Below are positions 39,701-53,200 of a DNA stretch of 64,000 bases, piece after piece. A model generated the notes under the pieces. The model ran no database searches. It saw only the letters and a program-made list of their open reading frames with translations, and was not told the origin of the DNA. The stretch covers positions 12,276,001 through 12,340,000 of the forward strand of contig NC_092672.1 of NCBI RefSeq assembly GCF_964355755.1, read 5' to 3'. Position numbers and translations under genes: made by a program. Numbering within the stretch: position 1 is the first letter of the stretch; every line of letters begins with the position of its first letter. The DNA is from Antedon mediterranea. Taxonomy: Eukaryota > Animalia > Echinodermata.

Positions 39701-41605
39701 AAAAAGCAATTGTTCTTCAAAATGATACTTCATTTGTGTGAAATACATACCATATTTTAAATATAATATAATAATAAATAGATATGTGTATATTTATTGA
39801 ACATAATTCCAAGACAAATTTTATTTAGTTCAAAAATGCTAAAATTTAATGAATAGTTGGCCATAAACCTACTGTAGTAGGTGTGAGTTATCGTAAAAAT
39901 TAATCAATTGCAATAACTACACTGTAGTCACGAGTCAGAGAAAAGATGTTAGATGGAAATGGTCAGTTAAATGGTTAAAGTTATTCTGCTCTACAATGTA
40001 TACATGTAGGAATTTACTAGTATTCATATGTCTCATTTTTAAAACGTGTGTTGCACTACAATTTCTTCTAGAACCAGTAGACAGAGATGCAGTGGAGGAT
40101 GAAAACAATTATGAACCACTCAAACCGAAGAAGCAAAAACAAACAATTAACAGAACAAGCCTGGAAATACACCAGATTAATATGACATACTTAATTAGTT
40201 ACCGTACTCCATTTAACATAATTTAGTATTCACATATTAAATCCCTATTTCAACCAACATTGTTATGATAAATAGTGTATAGCATATAACATATAACGTA
40301 ATATATCAGTGTACACTGTTACTATAATAAACACACTATTTGCAGCCGTGACATTACAAGAAGGCACTGATGCCTTATTACAAATAATAAGCCCACATGC
40401 AATACGTCAATCATCTTCGTAACGATAATTATAATTAATTTAAAACTTTAATACAATTTATCAAATTATTAATTAATAATAATTTGTTTTCTTTTTTTTA
40501 TATTAAACAATTTCTAAACATTCAAAGCACATGATTAAAACTATATTCTAATGGTTTATAATTATTTAATTCTACTGTTTTAACTGGTTTATATACATGT
40601 ATTTTATAAACTGATTTGAATTAATTAAATGGACTAATGGATTTATAAAGGTTGCTATAATTTAAATTCGAATGCTAACATTTTTATCATTCTTGTAACA
40701 ATCAAACTATATGTTTCAGCCTATTATTAAATGTACTACGTAAAATTGTATGTACAGAACTAAGAGTAATGTCATTGGTTATTGGTTACCGTCAGTATAC
40801 AGCATAATATTATGATCTGTGGGTACAATCAACCTAACTAAGATGTTTCATGTTAAAAATTAATCCGTTAAGTAATTGAAATTTGGTAAAAAAGTCACAC
40901 AATACAGATTATTTTGCCTAGCACTTGAATTGGTTCTGTGTTGTAACCCGTTATCGATTGTTTGTCGCCTCAAATAGTATAATGTGTTATATTTTGTGTT
41001 TTACTTACTGTTTTGTTAACATTAACATTATTATGCCTATCATCGACCAGGTTTTCTTAGTTTATTTTTTGTAACATAGCATTTGTTAAGAAAGCATATG
41101 TCCGATAAATATGATGGTGACGTAGAATATTAATACAGAGATTAACAATTGTGATGTTAATTATGAATTCGTATTATAATAAGTATTACGAATTCATAAT
41201 ATATAACACATGGCATTTCGCTGCAATATTACTGGCAATAATGGACATAATTATGTTTTTGTTATTAAACAAATAAAACAAATAAAAACATTATTAACAA
41301 ATTCACAGGTAAATATGTATAACAAAAACATTGTGTATAATTGGTGCTGTACACTTAGTAAAAATAATTGTGTGTGTATCACCTATTGTTTATAGAAGAT
41401 GTATTTTAAAACAAACATTAAACTTAAAATAATATAAAAAGATACACCTAAACGTAAAAATAATGTTATGTTTGTTTTTAAAATGTTAAATAATACACCA
41501 AGGTGACAAGAATGAGGACAAAGAGAGCTCGATATCAACATGTGCATTCTTCTTTTCAAAATTACGGTCTGTTAACAATTTTGAATGACATTTCAAAGAA
41601 GATTC

Positions 41606-44520
41606 AATTACTCATACATGTTGTACCATTGATTCATTAATGTACGTACTGCTGTCAGTAAGGCTGAGCTGTAATTAATTACTCGTACATCTTGTACCAT
41701 TGATTCATTAATGTACGTACTGCTGTCAGTAAGGCCGAGCTGTAATTAATTACTCGTACATCTTGTACCATTGATTCATTAATGTACGTACTGCTGTCAG
41801 TAAGGCTGAGCTGTAATTAATTACTCATACATCTTGTACCATTGATTCATTAATGTACGTACTACTGTCAGTAAGGCTGAGCTGTAATTAATTACTCATA
41901 CATGTTGTACCATTGATTCATTAATGTACGTACTGCTGTCAGTTAGGCTGAGCTGTAATTAATTACTCATACATGTTGTACCATTGATTCATTAATGTAC
42001 GTACTGCTGTCAGTAAGGCTGAGCTGTAATTAATTACTCATACATGTTGTACCATTGATTCATTAATGTACGTACTGCTGTCAGTAAGGCTGAGATGTAA
42101 TTAATTACTCATACATGTTGTACCATTGATTCATTAATGTACGTACTACTGTCAGTAAGGCTGAGATGTAATTAATTACTCATACATCTTGTACCATTGA
42201 TTCATTAATGTACGTACTGCTGTCAGTAAGGCTGAGCTGTAATTAATTACTCATACATGTTGTACCATTGATTCATTAATGTACGTACTACTGTCAGTAA
42301 GGCTGAGCTGTAATTAATTACTCATACATCTTGTACCATTGATTCATTAATTTACGTACTGCTGTCAGTAAGGCTGAGCTGTAATTAATTACTCATACAA
42401 CATGTACCATTGATTCATTAATGTACGTACTACTGTCAGTAAGGCTGAGCTGTAATTAATTACTCATACATGTTGTACCATTGATTCATTAATGTACGTA
42501 CTACTGTCAGTAAGGCTGAGCTGTAATTAATTACTCATACATCTTGTACCATTGATTAATTAATGTACGTACTGCTGTTGTCAGTAAGGCTGAGCTGTAT
42601 TTAATTACTCATACATCATGTACCATTGATTCATTAATGTACGTACTACTGTCAGTAAGGCTGAGCTGTAATTAATTACTCATACATCTTGTACCATTGA
42701 TTCATTAATATACGTACTACTGTCAGTAAGGCTGAGATGTAATTAATTACTCATACATCTTGTACCATTGATTCATTAATGTACGTACTGCTGTCAGTAA
42801 GGCTGAGCTGTAATTAATTACTCATACATCTTGTACCATTGATTCATTAATGTACGTACTGCTGTCAGTAAGGCTGAGCTGTAATTAATTACTCATACAT
42901 CTTGTACCATTGATTCATTAATGTACGTACTGCTGTCAGTAAGGCTGAGCTGTAATTAATTACTCATACATCTTGTACTATTGATTCATTAATGTACGTA
43001 CTACTGTCAGTAAGGCTGAGCTGTAATTAATTACTCATACATCTTGTACCATTGATTCATTAATGTACGTACTGCTGTCAGTAAGGCTGAGCTGTAATTA
43101 ATTACTCATACATCTTGTACTATTGATTCATTAATGTACGTACTGCTGTCAGTAAGGCTGAGCTGTAATTAATTAATCATACATGTTGTACCATTGATTC
43201 ATTAATGTACGTACTGCTGTCAGTAAGGCTGAGCTGTAATTAATTACTCATACATCTTGTACCATTGATTCATTAATGTACGTACTGCTGTCAGTAAGGC
43301 TGAGCTGTAATTAATTACTCATACATCTTGTACCATTGATTCATTAATGTACGTACTGCTGTCAGTAAGGCTGAGCTGTAATTAATTACTCATACATCTT
43401 GTACTATTGATTCATTAATGTACGTACTGCTGTCAGTAAGGCTGAGCTGTAATTAATTACTCATACATCTTGTACCATTGATTCATTAATGTACGTACTG
43501 CTGTCAGTAAGGCTGAGCTGTAATTAATTACTCATACATCTTGTACCATTGATTCATTAATGTACGTACTGCTGTAAGTAAGGCTGAGCTGTAATTAATT
43601 ACTCATACATCTTGTACCATTGATTCATTAATGTACGTACTGCTGTCAGTAAGGCTGAGTTGTAATTAATTACTCATACATCTTGTACTATTGATTTATT
43701 AATGTACGTACTGCTGTCAGTAAGGCTGAGTTGTAATTAATTACTCGTACATCTTGTACCATTGATTCATTAATGTACGTACTGCTGTCAGTAAGGCTGA
43801 GCTGTAATTAATTACTCATACATGTTGTACCATTGATTCATTAATGTACGCACTACTGTCAGTAAGGCTGAGCTGTAATTAATTACTCATACAAATTGTA
43901 CCATTGATTCATTAATGTACGTACTGCTGTCAGTAAGGCTGAGCTGTAATTAATTACTCATACATGTTGTACCATTGATTCATTAATGTACGTACTGCTG
44001 TCAGTAAGGCTGAGCTGTAATTAATTACTCATACATCTTGTACTATTGATTCATTAATGTACGTACTGCTGTCAGTAAGGCTGAGCTGTATATAATTACT
44101 CATACATCTTGTACTATTGTTTCATTAATGTACGTACTGCTGTCAGTAAGGCTGAGCTGTAATTAATTACTCATACATCTTGTACCATTGATTCATTAAT
44201 GTACGTACTACTGTCAGTAAGGCTGAGCTGTAATTAATTACTCATACATCTTGTACTATTGATTCATTAATGTACGTACTGCTGTCAGTAAGGCTGAGCT
44301 GTAATTAATTACTCATACATCTTGTACCATTGATTCATTAATGTACGTACTGCTGTCAGTAAGGCCGAGCTGTAATTAATTACTCATACATCTTGTACCA
44401 TTGATTCATTAATGTACGTACTGCTGTCAGTAAGGCTGGGCTGTAATTAATTACTCATACATCTTGTACCATTGATTCATTAATGTACGTACTGTCAGTA
44501 AGGCTGAGCTGTAATTAATT
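41606..44520. repeat. 71-bp minisatellite, about 41 highly homogeneous copies
   Basis: Consensus aattactcatacatcttgtaccattgattcattaatgtacgtactgctgtcagtaaggctgagctgtaatt. Period of 71 measured between 41610 and 41681; no unique spacers. Confidence 0.97.
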
Positions 44521-46685
44521 TCAGTCGCCATTGTTAAACCTTCCCATCATCTTCGTTTTTCATTTCAAGCACAAGATGGCGCACTACGACTAATTAGAGT
44601 TGTTATAATAAGTAGGCGTGACTTACTTATCCCTCTACGTTCAAATATCTTATGAACGATCCAGCCCGCAAGAGGACTCTATATAAATTTGATATACCAT
44701 TATGTACTTCATTCAATATGTATTTTTTTGTCGCATAGCGTCTTTTTGTCGAATTTTGTAAACCGTTTGATATTCTTTAAACAGATATTATTGCATCATA
44801 TTCAATAAGCTGGTGATAGCGTCGACAAAGAGGTTAAGCAAACAAAGTGAAAGTAAATAATACAGTATCATACATATACATACATTCTTACATTGTATTT
44901 ATTACCATAAGTTCCATTCTATATAGGATTTCAGAAATAATAGGTAACCGACATATTTTACTATTAAGTTATGTAATATAATAATATGTACAATTTAATA
45001 AATAATACAACTAATTGATTATAATGATAAATAGAAGAAAACATTTTATCTCAATCCGTATTAATAAACAATCAATAGGTGTGAAACCGAACCTGTTATA
45101 AGTTCAATCAGTTCATTGCTAAATAAGCAAAACCAGTTATATTGTTACTCATTCCATGTTTGAATCAATTGTTGTGACCGCTATTATTTGCATAAGTATT
45201 GACGCTTTTTAAGTTATCAAATAAATATTGACATCACACTTTATGCGGCATATTTATTTTCAAATCTAACATTATGCACATTTTTGACAACATTGAATTT
45301 ATATAACATAATTTTAGAACAGTACTGTATAAATGTAAGTTTTGTCATTAAAAACAATATTTCACACAATAAGAAAGTGATTCACTGTTGTCTAAATCTT
45401 CATTTAAAAAAAAGAAATAATTTATAAATAAGCTAGCCTCAGTTGCTTGTTAATGTTCGTGCTTCACAGAAAATTAACAACTATACTAGATATTAAACTA
45501 TTTTACTACAATATATCTAGTTGTATAACATTACACTATGCAAACATGATATTAATTATAATTTATAGTAAATAATGATAGGATTATGATTAATTTACCG
45601 TACCGATACCGTAAGCCTATTCTACAAAAATAACATTGCTGTAACAAGTTTACAGTTAGCATGAGTAAAACAAAAACGCGTATTTTAAACAACACATAGA
45701 AAAACGCATCCAAAAACATTGCAAGCAAGTGATAAGAATTATTTTTTTCAGAAATATAAAGTGAAGTGTTTTAAGAAAATAATAATAAGAAAAATAAGAA
45801 AATCAGACTTCTTTTAACTAAGAAAATGAAATGGTATCATATTTCTTTTAACTAACTAAGAAAATGAAAAAAAGTATCAGACCTCTTTTAATGAAGAAGG
45901 AAGTGAAATGGTATCAGACCTCATTTAATTAAAACATTTTTTATATACATTATTAGTTAGGCCTATACGCATTCTTAAAAATTGCTTTTCCGCTGACATC
46001 AGTATACGAATTGTAAATACGATACCGATACTACCCGTATGCCTGTATCTCATCAAACTTGGCCACAATTGAATGAATACAAAGTTCAATATTAAAGGAA
46101 ATAGTGTTTCTTAATAACTTCCACCTAAAAACAACAATATTCATCTGAATATCGCCAAACTTACAACAAAATTATCAATGATCTAAGGGTACTTTCAAAT
46201 GGAAGGACAAAACTGCTATTAACTATGTAGTGCAATTATAGAGAAAAACTTTTTCTTTTGGTTGGATATTTTTATGTAAAAAAATAATACTCTAGGCGCG
46301 GTATACACTCTCGGAGTACCCTCTAGTTTGCTTTACAATCAGCCCCGAAATGTTAGTCGAAAGTTATCGAATAATATTTCCTTGCCTTTTTTAAATTTTT
46401 TGTTGTTGTATTTGGCGGAAATTTAAATCAATTAATATAACATTTACTGGCTTCAAAGATTCAAAGTTTATTAAACTTTATTCGTCAACATTATATGGAC
46501 GTGTTGATTTGATATAACTACAATATCTATACTATATATCACCTTTTTTGATCAAAATACTGTGATAGTGCTGACAGAGCTTTATATTGTTTACATTTTG
46601 TAAAATCTTTAAAAAGATTGGAACCCAAACACTCGATTGATTTACCGTCATTGAGTTTGGTAATACAGTATACTCGGCATCAATG

Positions 46686-47215
46686 CTAAGGATGATATTC
46701 AAACTTTTCAGCAGGAACAGTCATGTTATTCTCCTTTAAAAATGCAATAAATGAGTGCAAGTTATCCTCCCTTAGAATCCCCCTTTGTTCAAGATCTAAT
46801 ATCACTGTCCATTGGTTGTCACTTCGTTTTTTTAGAACACTTTTCAAACGGATGAGATCTCTTGTATTTTCTTCCGAAAGTGCGTCACCGAACTGAATTA
46901 ATTGTTGTCGATATGTCGAGAAGGATGTGACATGCTGGTTGGTTTTGTCACTTGTCTCTTTTAACAGTGTGTTGACCTCAAGAACACCATTGGTACCAGT
47001 GACATTAATTACATCGATAAGAACTTTAACGTTGGTAGTGGAAAGATGGCCAGAGCGTTTCAATAAATTGAAGAACTCCATATAGTCTGCATTCTGTAGA
47101 TCACTGTAGGGTGTTATTATACCTTTGCATAACACCTTCAGTTTATCAAGGGAGCCATGTTCATCATACCAGGTCGATACGTTTACAACCATTTGTTCAA
47201 ACTCCTCGGACGATC
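46686..47215 (-). CDS. Gene B terminal exon encoding two tandem death-effector-like domains
   Basis: FEQMVVNVSTWYDEHGSLDKLKVLCKG...EFFNLLKRSGHLSTTNVKVLIDVI, then FSTYRQQLIQFGDALSEENTRDLIRL...WTVILDLEQRGILREDNLHSF. This resembles caspase-8/cFLIP tandem DEDs (SxYRxxL...LExxGxLxxxNL). Recognised by eye, not by HMM. Confidence 0.75.
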
Positions 47216-50200
47216 CTGTAGAAAGAAACCAATAACAAGAATATTAAGATCAATATTGCAAATGGTTACACTTATCCTTTTGTTTACAGTAAATAACTGT
47301 TGAATACCATAGACAAAACACATTCAATTCACTTTCCTATCGTGCATGGTTGGTGTAAAATTTACCTGTGTGAATTGGTGCTGGCTTTACATTACTTCTG
47401 CCTGGAAATGAAATGATAATTGCAACAATAATGTTTTATTTAATATCTTCAAACGTTTTGCAAACATTATCATTATAAGATACTCTATGTATACAATTTA
47501 TATATTTATTTTTAATAATTTATATGATTATTTTATTTTTATTATTTATTATATTTAATACGAAATACATACATGAGTGTGTAAACTAACCTTCCAAAAA
47601 AAAGCACTTCAAGTAATCTGTTTTCATGGACCTCTTGCCACATGGAACAATTTTGTTACCTTCTTTCAAACACTCTTCCAGATCGTGTAAATGAATGTGC
47701 TCTGGAAAACAGGCGATACACAGCACACGTAGGTTATAACCAATTCCTTCATTAGTTTTCAGCACAGTCTTTAGTTGAAGCTTCAAATACTTTAATATCT
47801 ACAACAAATAATAATAAATTTGAATTAAAGGTTTCACATAATTGCATTCAGGTAAGCTATTAAATTAAAATCTTAGAATCTTTACCTCAATGCACAAGCT
47901 CGGGTTTGGTTCATATATTACTTCTATGTCATTTTCGTCAACTTCAATTCGATGGGATATTTCAAGCTGTTAAAAAAGATGTATTTATTTATTACAATAC
48001 TTACATTCTACATCTCACTCAGACTGCTTACGTCTACTGTTGCATTTCATTTCTCGGGTGAATATCATTTGACTTTTAGAATCATTCAGCAAATTACCAC
48101 AAGCTCGACACAAAAATATTAAGGCTTTTAAAAAAATCGCCTCTATATAATAATTTAAACTCTATTTTTCTAAGATTACTCATTATCTCTTTATTTTGTC
48201 TTATTTCTAGGATAATATTTCTAAGAATCTCAAACGAATACATATTATTGGAAAAAAAACATGTTCTAATTTTTGTAATCCCAGCTCTTAAATCTCATTC
48301 TCTGTAGTCACCAACAGATGTATTTGGTTCTTATTGCTTCTATAACTGGATGAACGTTCCTAAAAGAGACTAAACTGCATAACATAATCCGAAATAAATG
48401 ATAATTTTACATTTGTTTAATAAATTACTAATGCTATGCTAGCTAACTTAACAGACATATTACATATTCAAACTGATGGTAAATTATGAGTTAAATGAAT
48501 ATTCATACCTTCAACGCATGCCTGTTTTCATTTTGATGCTCGATTTTCACGGCACCTAAACGAACCTCATGATCTCCAAAGTCAAAATCACTACGATTTT
48601 GAAATACAACTGGATCGCGTAGTCTACCGTTGAGCTCCACCAGGTTCAGAAATGCAACAACTAATGTATTGTAGACAGCATTAGGCAGAAAGTCAGTAGG
48701 TGTAAGATACATCGACACCGTATGTTTCTCGTCTTTTTCAACTTTCAGGCTCTCTTGCGTGTTTTTCATTCGAGATGGAACAAGGAACAACCGGTTGTCT
48801 TCGCTTCGGTGCTGATGCAAACAACAGTTGAATTATATAGTGTTATAAAAAAGTAACATCGATTTGGAATAGGCCTACTATAATAATCTCTGATTTAATT
48901 AAAAGCCAAGATGCTTAACCTACTTGTAATTTCTCATAGAGCAAACCAAATGTTTTCATCACTTCAGTAAAGATTTCAAAACGCTTTGAATCTTCCTGTA
49001 ATTCATGTTTCCATAAATGACGTAGCAGTTTTTCCTCAAGTATTCCTTCCTTGTTAAGCTTATTCCATAGCATTCTTAGTTCTTTCTGTTACCAAATAAT
49101 AGAGAAAATAATAAAAACTTATACATACAGTACACTATAAAAGTGCAATACATTTTCATCAAAACAAGTAATTCGTTTTATATCAACATTGTTTTGTGAC
49201 AATTATTTTGCTAACCTTATCTACTTACCACTTCAATAGTTGGTTTAACTACTGTGATCACTTTTGTCACCATTTCAATCATCATGTAAAGATTTGTTAT
49301 CACTGTGTTTCTTAATTTCTTGTTAGTACTTGAATACATGATAACTCCAATGTCATTCAGGTACCCTATGGCAGTGAATAGCCCATCTTTTGAAATTCCA
49401 CATTCAGTGCCGATTTTAGATGTCTAATGCAAATTAATAACAAAATAGACTGTACTGAATTTGATGATTAAATATTGTTATTTTCCTTTAAAATAATTGT
49501 AAACAGCTTATTGTTGAATAAAACATATTTTTATCTAACATTCTTCCTTTTGACTTGACATTTTAGAAATCGCATTGTCGAGAAGGCCTATTTCTAGTTA
49601 AATGTAACTGTTTGCTTGCATTTTTCATATTTAATTTACATTATCTTTGTTCAGTTTTTTTAAGATGATAACTAGCTTTTTATTAACATTACGAAATAAA
49701 CAATTCAATGTTTGATTTCATTAATAATTTTAGTTGCTCATCTTTTGCAGGAACAACTAAAATAAGAAAAATAGTACAATAATGATGAAGACTTCCAAAT
49801 ACTAAAAAATGACAAGAAATCTATATTTACTATTGTAATATTAATTCACATCGCTGGCTGAACAAAGAACTTGTCAACATTACATTGTAGACAGAAATGT
49901 GTCCTTCAAATTATTACGTTATACATTATAATTGTTACCGTATAGTACACTATTTTTAATAAGATAATAAATTATTTTAGTACCAGCGTTCATACTCTAT
50001 ATGTGTTTTATAAATCTGTGTTTACAGTTGTGACAACATAAAATAAACGGTTATACATTAAAAACCAAAATCTTACCTCAGTAAAAGTAATACACAGTGT
50101 TGTTTTTCCAATTTCTTGCAACTGTTCTTGCAAATCCACCCATTTTAATGGAACACTTCTCACCATGGCCTTCATGTAACGACCAACGTTTCTCCTTAGT

Positions 50201-53200
50201 TGTTTTATACCTTCATGCGATTTTACAGTGTTATCAACAATGTACATTTCACGATCTACATGATCGGCATATGGCATTCCTTCCATTTTTTCAAACATTT
50301 TACGAAACTTATCCTCCACTTCCTTTAATAACAAGTGTTTTCATAATTACATGCTATAACAACAACAAGAATGTAATTATTCTTACTAACTGTTATTTCA
50401 TATTCTGATTTGAATAAGTCTAACCGATAATTAAACTTAATACTCGATTTAATTTGAGGATCGTAGGCTACGCTATTTATATTTCATCACTGTATCGGTT
50501 TTAACTAATTCAGCCTTAATCCCGTCCGTGTATACCACATACCGTTGCAAAATTGTAAGCTTATTTAATGTTAATGTACGTCTGTTACCTTGATCCAATT
50601 TTTTGTTTTTGACTTTTTACGAAATGTGTCCATATGTGTAGCAACCAAACAGATAGGAGGTGACTCGATGATCTTGCCATCAATATTAATGGGACTTCCT
50701 GGACCATGTTGTGCCACAGTATGTTCATAAATGGACCTTATCCAGAACATATTCATTTCCGAATTGGTCATTCCTAGTGTACTCTAAAATCACAAATAAA
50801 ATTCAATCTTACAAAGTAAGCTAACATATTTTCAATAACAAAGATATGCATATTTAATAAAGTGTATTCGAGCAAATAAGTCGGTACTGTAGGCACTTAC
50901 TGTAATTGAATCTCGCGGATTAGCTGGTTCATCCAAGTTATCACACGCATTAAACGCTACACAGTAGGATACTCTATTTGTGAGGAAAAACTAAACAAAA
51001 TACAATTGATAATAATAACTTTTTTTATACTCCAAGTCATTTATTAGGGATGTGTTAATTGATACATGCAATAATACTTTAGAGAAAATGTTATACCCCA
51101 ACACAATGTCGTACTGTCACTATGAGCAAATCTCTTTATTTTTTAATAATCATTTAACATATAAAACAAAAACTATGAACAAAAGAAAAAATACAAAAAT
51201 CAAATAAAATTGTAAAATATAATTTAAAGGTCTGTATAATAGAATAGATACGTAAACAAGCAAATCAATGCCCTTTTTTTAAACATGCACCAATAAATTT
51301 ACTTTTTAATTTTTAAGACATTTTTAAGTAATAGCAAATAACAAAATAGGAACATACCCTATGCGTTATGTAGTAGTCCAGTTGACCTGCGTAGTCCCAT
51401 ATAGTAGTTACGTCACTTGGAATACTTTCTGAATCATCACTTCTTCTTTTTACAAATTTCCTAATCATTTTTATGGCCCAACTATCTTTCTGTCTTCGCT
51501 TTTTTATTTTAGCAACAACTTTTCTTTGAATGGAGTCGGGAATTGTCAGATTTTCTTTTAGTTGACTCTCTAAATTCAAATAATGACTACAAATCAATGG
51601 GGTGTGTGTACATTAGATATGGATATGGATAGATGGACTGGTCTGATATGTTGTGAGTAGACATAATGAATGTTAATTTGGATAAAAAAGTGTATACAAT
51701 AAATAAATACATCAGTCAGGATGATTAAAGAATTGAACGAGCAGTGAATAAACACATTTATTTGTTTGCAACAAGAAAAGAAATCTCACTCTTCCCTGGT
51801 TGGACTAACTTTTTGAGAACAAAATTTTCCAGAATGTTTCATACTAATGGTACAATGCCATACATATTATTTTATCAAATATAAAGAAAACCAAATAATG
51901 AGTCCAACCCTTTCTTGCCGATTCCACTGCCAATGACGTGTAATCAGACTCTCTGGAATCAGATGTAGAAGCCTCGCCTAAAGAAAGTTCGTTGAAAGAT
52001 GTTCTTTCTTTCATCTTTGATGTAATTTCTTCCACTACAGCCTCTTCAAATATTCTCTGGGTTTGCTTGAATCTGGAGTTTTCTGTCGGCGAAAATGTAT
52101 AACTAAAAATGATTATTTGTGTCGTGTTGCACTCATAACGAATAAAATGGTTATATTATTATATACTAGAGCAGTGAAATATCACTTATATGCCTGTATA
52201 AACTCCACAGTTTAACAAGTACTACTTTATATTAATAATAATAAAACAATAATATAAACAACACTCCTATGAAGTTATAGTGTGATAATTTTGTGTTTCT
52301 TTCAGTATCAGCATGTATAATACACTACATTAATTTATTATTTACATTAAGTTGGTTTATTTACTTTTTTTAAGAAAAGAAATTACTATTTTAGATCTTG
52401 TCATGCAATTAATTTGTTGTTTATTAATTCGTGCGAGGACTTGTTAGGCCTATTAGTAAAGTGATTGTATGCGAAACGACCACACTTTATTTATACAAAA
52501 TGATCGTCAAAAATATTTTTAAAAATAATCAAACCTTCCACTGAAGACACAGAGTCAGAAGATATAGAACATTCCAAATCAGATATGGAAGGTGCTGCAC
52601 CTTGTAAATTGAATTTGGTTTCAGTTGACGTTTGTTTTTCCATATTTGCTGTGATGTGTTCAGGCGTTTTCGGGGATGATCCTGCAATTCATTATAATAT
52701 ATTTTTGATACAATATAATAGACTGTATAACATTTCACTTTTATGTATGTTTCAATACTGTATGAGTGCATCTTAACTTGATTATGATCACCAATACAGT
52801 TTGTTTAGAATAATAAAAATACCCTTGTAATAGATATTATAGTAGATATTCATCATACCTGTTTTTACTGGATCCAAAGAAGAGATTGCTGATGATTCCA
52901 GTTGGGAATCAGATTTAGATGTTGACATATCTGAACTTCCTTCACCATCATCCATTTCTTCCTTTATTAACTGTGTTGCAAGTTTTTCTGCAAGTGCATC
53001 TTCCCGTATTTTCTTGTGGAGCTCCATAACTGTAAAAAAAAAAGGTGAAATAAGATTGTACGATAAACATAATAGAGATAAATTAAAATACTAAAATTAG
53101 AGAAATGAGATACATCATCATATCATCATCATCACCTGTAAAATACAATAAATATGTAGGTAATTTATGTAATTATAGACCAAAATGCATTTTTAAGTAT

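Noticed and set aside
41606-44520. 71-bp array as a CRISPR array
   Set aside because: Units are contiguous with no unique spacers, there are no cas genes, and the context is eukaryotic with spliceosomal introns.
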